Position numbers and translations under genes: made by a program. Of a DNA stretch of 37,965 bases, positions 1 to 6,329 are shown in pieces (the stretch's first letter is position 1; each line of letters begins with the position of its first letter). The stretch is taken from positions 1 to 37,965 of the IMG/VR virus record IMGVR_UViG_3300029876_000020; one strand, 5' to 3'. The notes beneath the pieces were generated by a model that saw only the letters and a list, made by a program, of their open reading frames with translations, ran no database searches and was not told the origin of the DNA. The stretch is from a virus.

Positions 1-24
1 TGCAATTCAAAATCAACACAAAAA

Positions 25-65
25 AGCGCATGACTGCTAAAAATCCAGCAATCATGCGCTTTTTC
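25..65. terminator. Bidirectional intrinsic-terminator-like hairpin at the end of the cargo operon, downstream of int
   Basis: AGCGCATGA (25-33) pairs with TCATGCGCT (52-60). It is preceded by an A-run and followed by TTTTT. Confidence 0.6.
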
Positions 66-71
66 CTATAA

Positions 72-93
72 TTGCGCCAGCAGGAGTCGAACC
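72..93 (-). other. tRNA 3'-end-like fragment (T-loop plus 3' acceptor strand); candidate attP core
   Basis: The reverse complement reads GGTTCGACTCCTGCTGGCGCAA, which is T-loop TTCGACT, 3' T-stem and a 7-nt acceptor strand. The 5' T-stem partner is missing, so this is a fragment. It lies ~60 bp from the integrase gene. Confidence 0.5.
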
Positions 94-130
94 TTTTGCG
101 CATATCGTCTTTTCGTTATTTTATTGTTTT

Positions 131-152
131 TGACTACTTCTTGACTACTTTT
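131..152 (+). repeat. TGACTACTTCTTGACTACTTTT; one of two copies flanking the attP-like core. Candidate integrase arm-type binding sites.
   Basis: Internal direct repeat of TTGACTACTT. A near-identical 22-mer (TGACTACTTTTTGACTACTTTT) lies at 37741-37762, on the other side of the core in the circular map. Confidence 0.45.
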
Positions 153-1290
153 ATTTATCCTCATCATCATAAAATTTAATCATTTTTTCGGTGGCATCTT
201 TTAGCTTGCGCTCTCGGATATGAGTATATATTTTGTACGTTGTCGAGATGTCCGCGTGACCCATGATCTTTTTTGCCTCCAGCACTCCAACACCGGCATC
301 GTATAAGTCCGACGCGAACGAGTGCCGGAACTGGTGAGCCGTAACGGTGGGCTCCATTACAGGCGGCAATGGATTTTTAGCCGCTTTTGGGCCTCGGCGG
401 CTATCTCTGTATCTTGTCTTGCTATCACTCGGCTGAACAAGCCCCAGCTTCGTGCAATACGCAAGCCATCGGCTGTGATACTCTGCATCGGTTAAGGGCC
501 TTGCCATGCCGCCGATGATATATTCTGTCGGCTTGCCCCGGCGCGGCTCTATCTCTCGCTTGAGATGGGGCATAAGCGGGATGACCCGGACGCCGTTATT
601 GGTTTTAGGGGCCTGTATTTTGACACCGCCACCTGACCATGACACTTTTTTACTGACATAGATTTTGTTGCTTTCGAAATCTATGTCCTCCCATCGGAGA
701 GCAATCAGTTCACCCAGACGGCAGCCGGTGTACATCAGCATCCATGCGCACAGCCCAAACCCTTCGGGATGCGCCCGGAAAAGAGCAAGCTCCTTGTCTG
801 TAGGTGGTTCCCGGATAGCCGCGGGCTTCCCGGCGGGGGACTTGATATCCTGCATCGGATTGTAAGATGATCCGCTTGCAAGCCGCCACCCCCGGAAAAT
901 CCCTCGCAAGATGCTGACCGCGTTTTGGATCGTGCTTGTCGATAGCCCCTCATCTTTGAGAGACTGCCCGAAACTTACGATCATGACCGGCGTAATTTCA
1001 TCCATCCGTTTGCCCGAAAAAAATTGGACGCAACGTTCATAGTTAGACCTATATGTTGAATCCGTCCCGTCTATGATGCGTTTGAGCAACTTGTCCCAAT
1101 AATCAGCAGCAACAATTTCAAAAAGCTCTGCCTTACTTTCGGCCTCCGCTTTTTGGATTAGTGCTTCTTTGTATTTTGCCTCTGCTTCAGATTTTGTTTT
1201 TCCGTAAAAAAAGCGATATTTTCCATCCGGCATCTTTCGCTTGATCTGACAGCGCCCATCCGGGCGCATCCCTTTACTTTTTCTCGGCAT
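151..1290 (-). CDS. int: Tyrosine recombinase / phage integrase
   Basis: 379-aa ORF. C-terminal catalytic signature AHQFRHSFASDLY...GHADISTTYKIYTH (R, HxxR, Y). It sits next to the attP-like region. Confidence 0.95.
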   Translation of the reverse strand: MPRKSKGMRPDGRCQIKRKMPDGKYRFFYGKTKSEAEAKYKEALIQKAEAESKAELFEIVAADYWDKLLKRIIDGTDSTYRSNYERCVQFFSGKRMDEITPVMIVSFGQSLKDEGLSTSTIQNAVSILRGIFRGWRLASGSSYNPMQDIKSPAGKPAAIREPPTDKELALFRAHPEGFGLCAWMLMYTGCRLGELIALRWEDIDFESNKIYVSKKVSWSGGGVKIQAPKTNNGVRVIPLMPHLKREIEPRRGKPTEYIIGGMARPLTDAEYHSRWLAYCTKLGLVQPSDSKTRYRDSRRGPKAAKNPLPPVMEPTVTAHQFRHSFASDLYDAGVGVLEAKKIMGHADISTTYKIYTHIRERKLKDATEKMIKFYDDEDK

Positions 1291-1876
1291 CTCTATTCAC
1301 ATCCCTCACTGAATACGCATCATCGCCCCGGCGGGCTGCCTCGGTGCCGCAGTCACGGGCTTGATACATGATCGACATAATGGGCTGTATGCCGTTTGGG
1401 TCTGGATCTCGGTCGTTGGCATGATCCAGCTCATAGTTCGTCCCTATGGTAGAGCATACGGCCACACGGCTCGCAAGCGTGGTGTGCAGGTTGGCAAGCA
1501 CCTCGGTCAGGACGCCCAGCGGGTCAGACCCATGATCTCCATAGTAGAGGTATAGCCAGCCATCCACCTCATAATTGGACATCTCATCCACCACTGCGTG
1601 CAGTATCTGCCGCTTTTCTTCGGTGGTGATGTCGTCTTCCAGATACTCCAACAAGCCCGGATGGATACAGGCGTCTGTGTACCGCTTGGCCGGGACTCCA
1701 CACGAAACGCACCAATCGATGATATCGGCCAGCGTGACAGGGGATGCCCCTTGCTCTCTGCCCGCAATGGTCGGGCGGCTTACGCCCATCCGCTTGGCAA
1801 GCCTTTCTTGACTGATTCCTGCCTTTGCCCGCGCCATTTCCAGAGCTTTGGCAATTCGTTTATCATATTCGTTCAT
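1274..1876 (-). CDS. XRE-type HTH regulator with a C-terminal domain of unknown function
   Basis: N-terminal HTH AGISQERLAKRMGVSRPTIAGREQG. Start placed at ATG 1876, behind a G-rich RBS. Its 3' end overlaps the integrase start, so the two form an operon. Confidence 0.7.
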   Translation of the reverse strand: MNEYDKRIAKALEMARAKAGISQERLAKRMGVSRPTIAGREQGASPVTLADIIDWCVSCGVPAKRYTDACIHPGLLEYLEDDITTEEKRQILHAVVDEMSNYEVDGWLYLYYGDHGSDPLGVLTEVLANLHTTLASRVAVCSTIGTNYELDHANDRDPDPNGIQPIMSIMYQARDCGTEAARRGDDAYSVRDVNRDAEKK

Positions 1877-1904
1877 AATTCCCGCCCCCATTTCGACAAT
1901 TTCT

Positions 1905-1936
1905 CCATTACAGGATTTTGCAAAAATCTGTAATGG
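1905..1936. promoter_or_regulatory. Near-perfect 31-bp palindrome (operator candidate) in a divergent promoter region
   Basis: CCATTACAG (1905-1913) pairs with CTGTAATGG (1928-1936). An inner GATTTT/AAAATC pair is present, with one unpaired G. Confidence 0.55.
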
Positions 1937-1954
1937 ATATTTTACATCAACCTA

Positions 1955-1963
1955 TGTTATAAC
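1955..1963 (+). promoter_or_regulatory. Extended -10 promoter element TGTTATAAC
   Basis: TGnTATAAC motif ~40 nt upstream of the 2004 micro-ORF RBS. There is no good -35. Confidence 0.4.
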
Positions 1964-2003
1964 AAAGTTGTAAAAAATAACCAGCATAGGAGGTAAAAAA
2001 ATA

Positions 2004-2108
2004 ATGGCTGCTACTATGTATGTACCCGACGATATGGAGATCATCGACGGGATGCCCGCATCAAAACCAAAAGATCCGGATCGCGTCCGGGCCCCATGGG
2101 AGGAATGA
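2004..2108 (+). CDS. 34-aa micro-ORF (MAATMYVPDDMEIIDGMPASKPKDPDRVRAPWEE)
   Basis: Strong RBS (GGAGGT) 9 nt upstream of the ATG. The stop lies 2 nt before the next start. Too short for the supplied ORF track. Confidence 0.35.
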   Translation: MAATMYVPDDMEIIDGMPASKPKDPDRVRAPWEE

Positions 2109-2110
2109 CC

Positions 2111-2311
2111 ATGCCGACCGATACTATGATACTGGGATACGCCCGCAACCGTACCCTGAAGCTCATCTATGTACTCGCTAATTATGGAGCCGACGCCGAG
2201 GTCTACGACGAAATGCTGCGTCTCGCACAGCAAGCCCGCGACGACCTCGATGCCGGACGTGATCCGGCGGATCGGCTGGCCGATATCAACGGAACCATTG
2301 TTGAACTATAA
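2111..2311 (+). CDS. Hypothetical small protein (66 aa)
   Basis: ORF 2096..2311. Start moved to ATG 2111, which has GGGAGGA 6 nt upstream. Confidence 0.55.
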   Translation: MPTDTMILGYARNRTLKLIYVLANYGADAEVYDEMLRLAQQARDDLDAGRDPADRLADINGTIVEL

Positions 2312-2324
2312 GGAGGATATTTCT

Positions 2325-2594
2325 ATGAGCACGAAAAAAACTGTTGAGATGATGAAAAAAGATTGCTTGGATGATGTCAGTCGTTGGCTTTCGGAGATGG
2401 AAGCGCGCGGCATGACTACCGAAGAGCTCGACCTTCGTATCGAGCTTCTTCGCGCCGTCAACCGCTACCTTACGGAGAATGCACCGGTAACTACTACGGG
2501 CTACAATCTTGAAAGCCTGTATCCCTTTCACGGCTTCCCGATGTTCGCCCCTCCTTCCGGGGGAGCAGGTCCCTTTCCGAACTCCGAAAGTTGA
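2325..2594 (+). CDS. Hypothetical protein (89 aa)
   Basis: Internal ATG 2325 preceded by AAGGAGG. The rest of ORF 2169..2594 lies upstream of this RBS. Confidence 0.6.
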   Translation: MSTKKTVEMMKKDCLDDVSRWLSEMEARGMTTEELDLRIELLRAVNRYLTENAPVTTTGYNLESLYPFHGFPMFAPPSGGAGPFPNSES

Positions 2595-2669
2595 TTGGAC
2601 ATCGCTTCTTTTGGGCCTTATTTTCGGCGCTACCGCAAAAAAGTGGAGCCAAAACAACTAATTTCGTTT

Positions 2670-2697
2670 CCCCGTCGTCACCCGGCGGCGGGGTTTT
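2670..2697 (+). terminator. Intrinsic terminator after the 2325..2594 gene
   Basis: CCCCGTCG pairs with CGGCGGGG (one G-U pair) and is followed by TTTT. Its first 16 nt are repeated exactly at 3422-3437. Confidence 0.65.
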
Positions 2698-2700
2698 CAT

Positions 2701-2721
2701 GTGTCCACTGTGGACACTTTT
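2701..2721 (+). terminator. GTGTCCA-CTG-TGGACAC hairpin plus T-run (hairpin family copy A)
   Basis: 7-bp stem, 3-nt loop, then TTTTAATTT. It abuts the stop codon of the convergent lipoprotein gene. Confidence 0.5.
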
Positions 2722-3397
2722 AATTTCGCTTGACCCAATAATAATTTCCGTTGTACCAATAAGATTGATATGCCAATAGACCGTTGCTATTCAGCAGCAC
2801 ACCGTCCAGCGCAACAAGGCTCATATTTTTCAACGAATTTTCGCTTTTCATGAACGCTTCCACCTTGCTGCCTTCGATCCATTCATTTTTTCTGGGGGTT
2901 AAATCACCAAAGAGTCCGACCGCGCACACATACTTATAGCCCGGCTTGTAAGTCAGATTTTCCTTTGGGACAGGTTTGACGTTGGAAACGCTGATTTGCC
3001 GAAGATTGCTTCCGTCCCAAGCATATTTTGCCCCAAAGTTCATATCGAACGGAAAGCCATCCAGATAAATCGTGTTACTGTCTGGAACCTTTGGCAAAAC
3101 GGAAACATGAATGGCATACGGTTTGCTCACTTCTCCGTTTTCGGAAAGCATATAAGCATATTTATAGCCTTCCGTGCGATACCATGCTGCCGGGTCAGAA
3201 ATAGGGTATGCGGTGAAATCAATACGGGAAGGAGAGGAGGAGGAAGCCGGTGGTTCCGGCTGCTGCGATGAAGAAGAGCTATTGTCGGGTGCTTGTGCTT
3301 CTGGATTTTTTGACGCTGCGGGAGCCTCACTCTCAGAAGAACACGCGGTCAATGCTACCACAATGCACAGCGCAGCAATTAGTTTTTTGAGTTTCAT
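2720..3397 (-). CDS. Secreted lipoprotein (moron)
   Basis: MKLKKLIAALCIVVALTAC signal peptide with a lipobox cysteine, followed by a low-complexity S/P/E linker. RBS GAGG. Visibly more AT-rich than the phage core. Confidence 0.8.
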   Translation of the reverse strand: MKLKKLIAALCIVVALTACSSESEAPAASKNPEAQAPDNSSSSSQQPEPPASSSSPSRIDFTAYPISDPAAWYRTEGYKYAYMLSENGEVSKPYAIHVSVLPKVPDSNTIYLDGFPFDMNFGAKYAWDGSNLRQISVSNVKPVPKENLTYKPGYKYVCAVGLFGDLTPRKNEWIEGSKVEAFMKSENSLKNMSLVALDGVLLNSNGLLAYQSYWYNGNYYWVKRN

Positions 3398-3421
3398 TTT
3401 ATCAGCCTCTCAGTGCCTGTG

Positions 3422-3437
3422 CCCCGTCGTCACCCGG
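3422..3437 (+). repeat. 16-mer CCCCGTCGTCACCCGG, exact second copy of 2670-2685
   Basis: 16/16 identical. The two copies bracket the lipoprotein gene. Confidence 0.9.
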
Positions 3438-3452
3438 AGGGACGTTTTACGA

Positions 3453-4160
3453 TCATTTTGCCAAAAGCTGCGATTTCTTTTCGTTATATTCCGCTTCTGT
3501 AATTGCACCTATATCCAAAAGCTGCTTGAATTTTAAAAGCTCATCCGCAACGCTTTGAACTGTTTTTGGCACAACAGACTTTTTTGTTTCCATGCAACTG
3601 TTTAGCAAGGCAGTCATCCCGGCGGGATATGTCTGCACCGACAGTGTTTGCTTTCCGAGTGATAAATCAAAATGAATCGTCACATTTTCTTTGCTTTTTC
3701 CTTTTCTGGTTTCTAATTTTGCGGTAGAAGCTCCAACAATTGCGCCGACCGGCCCGGCGATAGCAGCTCCAACAACAGCGCGGCCAATCCCACCCTTGGA
3801 TTGCGTCACCGTAAAATCATCTGCGTCTGACTCGTATCCGTTGACCTCATTAAAGGAGTAAATCATTCGTGGCCCTTTATCTCCACCGCGATGACCGAAA
3901 TAAAAAAGCCTGTTTTCTTCATCCACGGAAACATAAAGCGCATCTGCATCATAAATGGAATCGGTTTCTTTGAAATTTTTTCGACGCTCTTCTTGCTCTT
4001 TCCAAAAAGAAGCTAAAGTGCTTGTTGGATATTTTGAGGCCCTAAAACCGACTTTCGAGTAAAAGAAATTCGTACAGGACGCACAAATAAGCCCATCGGC
4101 GCTTCTTTCCCGATTCAATAGGCCCATTTTTCCACCGCAAACAGGGCATATATTTGCCAT
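3453..4160 (-). CDS. Zn-ribbon / glycine-zipper / SHOCT-domain protein
   Basis: N-terminal CPVCGG...CASC zinc ribbon; GRAVVGAAIAGPVGAIVGAS glycine zipper; C-terminal SHOCT-like motif LLKFKQLLDIGAITEAEYNEKKSQLL. RBS AGGAGGA. Confidence 0.7.
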   Translation of the reverse strand: MANICPVCGGKMGLLNRERSADGLICASCTNFFYSKVGFRASKYPTSTLASFWKEQEERRKNFKETDSIYDADALYVSVDEENRLFYFGHRGGDKGPRMIYSFNEVNGYESDADDFTVTQSKGGIGRAVVGAAIAGPVGAIVGASTAKLETRKGKSKENVTIHFDLSLGKQTLSVQTYPAGMTALLNSCMETKKSVVPKTVQSVADELLKFKQLLDIGAITEAEYNEKKSQLLAK

Positions 4161-4264
4161 CGTAAGTTCCTCCTAAAATTCAAAAAGATTTATCTACCAT
4201 GCACAAACTTGCAACCGCAATTTTGCCACATTTTACAAGTTTCATTTTAATTTTCTCTTTTCTC

Positions 4265-4293
4265 TTGCTTTTTCTATAGTTTGGTTGTAATAT
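4265..4293 (+). promoter_or_regulatory. Sigma-70-type promoter TTGCTT-17-TAATAT
   Basis: -35 at 4265-4270, 17-bp spacer, -10 at 4288-4293. It points into the 3' end of the repressor gene. Confidence 0.5.
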
Positions 4294-4328
4294 AAAGCCA
4301 AGAAATACAACAAAAAGGGGTGTTACAG

Positions 4329-4439
4329 ATGACGGTTGAAGAATTCTTAGCTTATTTTCAAGATCACCCGGAGCTAATCCAAGAGGCCCTGAAGCTTATG
4401 AGGGAAATCCAAGCTAAAAAAGATTCAGCCGTTGCCTGA
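4329..4439 (+). CDS. 36-aa micro-ORF (MTVEEFLAYFQDHPELIQEALKLMREIQAKKDSAVA)
   Basis: RBS AAGGGGTG 6 nt upstream. It has its own promoter. Its 3' end overlaps the convergent repressor gene by 15 nt. Confidence 0.4.
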   Translation: MTVEEFLAYFQDHPELIQEALKLMREIQAKKDSAVA

Positions 4440-4751
4440 ATTTTCCTCTTTGGATTTCATCAGCGTCAAAATCGCGCTTCTTTCTTCAGGCGTCATCTTT
4501 TTGGCCAATTCTACAAACTCTTTCATATCCTCATTGAGCTCGCCATCCCCGGCGGGCTCTTTTTTTGTGCCCATCAGCTCCTCGACGGTGATGCCGAAAT
4601 AGTCGGCCAATTTTTTAAGAGTATCGTTTCTTGGGACGGCTCCGTTTTTCCATCCTGTGACCGACTTCGAAGTTTTTCCTATTTGCTTCGCAACATCGGT
4701 TTTTGATTTTCCAATTTTTTTGCAGTACATTACATAGTTTTCATAAAACAA
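4425..4751 (-). CDS. CI-like XRE-family repressor
   Basis: HTH GKSKTDVAKQIGKTSKSVTGWKNGAVPRNDTLKKLADYFGITVEEL. Start set to TTG 4751, 6 nt after AGGAGGTG; the upstream ATG of the ORF track contains that RBS. Divergent from the cro-like gene. Confidence 0.8.
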   Translation of the reverse strand: MFYENYVMYCKKIGKSKTDVAKQIGKTSKSVTGWKNGAVPRNDTLKKLADYFGITVEELMGTKKEPAGDGELNEDMKEFVELAKKMTPEERSAILTLMKSKEENSGNG

Positions 4752-4782
4752 AATATCACCTCCTTTTTTGTGCACATCTCCA

Positions 4783-4838
4783 AAACTCTTTGAAACTCTC
4801 TTTTTTCTCTTTACTTGGGAGTTTTAGAGAGTTATAAT
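4783..4838 (+). promoter_or_regulatory. Early rightward promoter (TTTACT-17-TATAAT) with four AAACTC(T) operator-like half sites
   Basis: -35 at 4810-4815 and -10 at 4833-4838. AAACTCT occurs at 4783 and 4793 on the plus strand. GAGTTTT (4819-4825) and AGAGTT (4828-4833) lie on the opposite strand inside the spacer. Confidence 0.55.
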
Positions 4839-4844
4839 AATACC

Positions 4845-4998
4845 GTACTCAAGAGCGAGACCCCATCTCAGACCGCTTGAGTGCTCAAGGGTTTCTCCTA
4901 GAAAGCTGCTTTGCACACATACTGGATTACCCTACCGCGCGGGCTGGCTTCAGCCATGAGCCCGAACCGGCAAAAGGCGCTATCGTACAGCGCTTTTT
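4845..4998 (+). ncRNA. Candidate structured non-coding leader or sRNA between the early promoter and an intrinsic terminator
   Basis: No plausible ORF or RBS. Competing helices: ACTCAAG (4847-4853) / CTTGAGT (4876-4882) / CTCAAG (4884-4889). A further stem: CGGGCT (4940-4945) / AGCCCG (4959-4964). It ends in the terminator at 4976-4998. Confidence 0.3.
4976..4998 (+). terminator. Intrinsic terminator in the early leader
   Basis: GCGCT (4977-4981) / AGCGC (4989-4993), 7-nt loop, then TTTTT. Confidence 0.55.
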
Positions 4999-5002
4999 GC
5001 AG

Positions 5003-5029
5003 CCTTTCCCATTTTGACCGTGGGAAAGG
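5003..5029. promoter_or_regulatory. Perfect 9-bp inverted repeat CCTTTCCCA-N9-TGGGAAAGG
   Basis: Seen directly in the sequence. No T-run on either side, so it is more likely an operator or structural element than a terminator. Confidence 0.4.
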
Positions 5030-5037
5030 AAACAGCG

Positions 5038-5107
5038 TTGCCAAGCCGAAACAGACGTAATTAGATTTCCGCAAGTCTATTATAGTCCGTTTCCGCTCGC
5101 TTGGCAA
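5038..5107. promoter_or_regulatory. Distant 9-bp inverted repeat TTGCCAAGC ... GCTTGGCAA upstream of the cro-like gene
   Basis: Arms at 5038-5046 and 5099-5107. Confidence 0.3.
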
Positions 5108-5158
5108 TGTTTTATTAGCCTTTTTGGGAAACATTTTACACAAGCGAGGTGGAAAACG

Positions 5159-5347
5159 TTGCAGACAAGTTTCAGCGTCACATGGAAGGCGGAGGCCGTC
5201 AAGCAGCTTGCTTTGCGCGGCTGGACATATAACGACCTTGCCCGCGAGACCGGGCTCAGCAGAAGCGTCATCAACCGGTATATGAGCGGCAATTATACGA
5301 ACGATAATCCCCGGTCACTGATCGATCGGGCTTTGGGGATGGGGTGA
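5159..5347 (+). CDS. Cro-like small HTH protein
   Basis: 62 aa. HTH WTYNDLARETGLSRSVINRYMSG. TTG start 6 nt after GAGGTGG. Divergent from the repressor. Confidence 0.7.
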   Translation: MQTSFSVTWKAEAVKQLALRGWTYNDLARETGLSRSVINRYMSGNYTNDNPRSLIDRALGMG

Positions 5348-5351
5348 GCGG

Positions 5352-5528
5352 ATGACAAGGAGCGCAATTTTTGCTTGTATGATGTGCTTTCTGGCGGGCG
5401 GCTGCCTGTGCGCGTTGTTGTTTATCGCCGCAACGAGGCCGCGCCGGGACGTGTTTGCCGGGTGGGCCGCCTATCTGCTCATCGTTTTCATGCTGGCCTA
5501 TAAAATCGGAGGTGCGTTGATCTTATGA
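5352..5528 (+). CDS. 58-aa two-TM membrane protein
   Basis: MTRSAIFACMMCFLAGGCLCALLFIAA...AGWAAYLLIVFMLAYKIGGALIL. ATGA overlap with the next gene. Below the ORF-track size cutoff. Confidence 0.45.
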   Translation: MTRSAIFACMMCFLAGGCLCALLFIAATRPRRDVFAGWAAYLLIVFMLAYKIGGALIL

Positions 5529-5737
5529 CCTGTTACATATTTGCAGACCTGATGGTCATGTTTGGCCGAGACGCCTACCACGCCCAGATGACCGAGACGC
5601 TGCTGCTGGTGTTCCTGCTGACCCCGCTGGTGATCGGCGGGCCGTATCTGCTGGCCCAGTGGGATAAGTTCAAACGGGCAGACAACGCCCGGCGGCGTGC
5701 CGCTTTCCGGCGGCGCATGGAAAGGACGGCGCGGTGA
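5525..5737 (+). CDS. Small membrane protein (70 aa) with a basic tail
   Basis: One hydrophobic segment (LLLVFLLTPLVIGGPYLLA) and an R-rich C-terminus. Translationally coupled on both sides. Confidence 0.55.
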   Translation: MTCYIFADLMVMFGRDAYHAQMTETLLLVFLLTPLVIGGPYLLAQWDKFKRADNARRRAAFRRRMERTAR

Positions 5738-6087
5738 TGGCACAAACAACGACGGCGAGATACACCCGCACCTGTGTGACCTGCGGGGCAGAGATGCACA
5801 ATGTAGGCCCAACGCGGCAATACTGCCCGGCGTGCCTCGGCAAGCGTGCGGCAGAGGCGATGGTTTTGAAGAAAAAGCGCCTTTACGAACAGAAAATGAG
5901 GGAGAAGATGGAGCGGGAGGCGCTGGAAGAAAAGGCCCGCAAGGCCTTTCCGCACCCGAAGAAACCCACTCAAGACAACAGCATCGGCGCGGTATGTGCC
6001 CGCGCCATCGCGGCCGGCCGCACCTACGGCCAGCAAGTCGAATTTGAACGCAGACAGAAGGAGTTGAAAGACCGTGGCGAAATCTAA
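5737..6087 (+). CDS. Zn-ribbon protein with a charged coiled-coil region
   Basis: CVTCG...CPAC motif followed by a K/E-rich helix. The start overlaps the previous stop. Confidence 0.55.
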   Translation: MAQTTTARYTRTCVTCGAEMHNVGPTRQYCPACLGKRAAEAMVLKKKRLYEQKMREKMEREALEEKARKAFPHPKKPTQDNSIGAVCARAIAAGRTYGQQVEFERRQKELKDRGEI

Positions 6088-6310
6088 CCGTAACGACGCA
6101 TGGCACGACAGTTATAAAGCCATTTTTGCAAAAACCGGCTGCATCCGGCTGACGCTGGAACAGGTCAGCGTGTGCATGGGGATCCCGGCCCGGTATGTGC
6201 GCAAGCGCTACCCGTACGGCTGGGCGAATATGGCGGGCGATAAGGGAAAGGGCCGTGGGAACACGATCCGGCTGGATACCCTGCTCGATCAAGAGTTTGG
6301 GACATACTGA
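6074..6310 (+). CDS. Hypothetical small protein, possible DNA-binding function
   Basis: 78 aa, GTG start. The segment LTLEQVSVCMGIPARYVRKRY looks HTH-like. Weak call. Confidence 0.4.
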   Translation: MAKSNRNDAWHDSYKAIFAKTGCIRLTLEQVSVCMGIPARYVRKRYPYGWANMAGDKGKGRGNTIRLDTLLDQEFGTY

Positions 6311-6329
6311 AATTTTGGAGGATACCACA

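Larger units (their letters stand above)
1..159. repeat. Direct terminal repeat, copy 1 (identical to 37807..37965)
   Basis: Base-for-base identity over 159 bp. The repeat runs into the integrase stop codon (151-153), so it contains phage sequence and not only an att core. Confidence 0.95.

Noticed and set aside
1-159. Terminal repeats interpreted as attL/attR of an integrated prophage
   Set aside because: The repeat is 159 bp, exact, and includes the integrase stop codon and phage regulatory sequence. No host genes flank it. This is consistent with circular closure or terminal redundancy.
1952-2233. 93-aa minus-strand ORF across the divergent promoter region
   Set aside because: It has no RBS and overlaps the plus-strand micro-ORF and the 2111 gene, both of which have strong RBSs.
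4898-5143. 81-aa minus-strand ORF in the immunity intergenic region
   Set aside because: It has no RBS and it spans the terminator and inverted repeats. A regulatory, non-coding interpretation is preferred.
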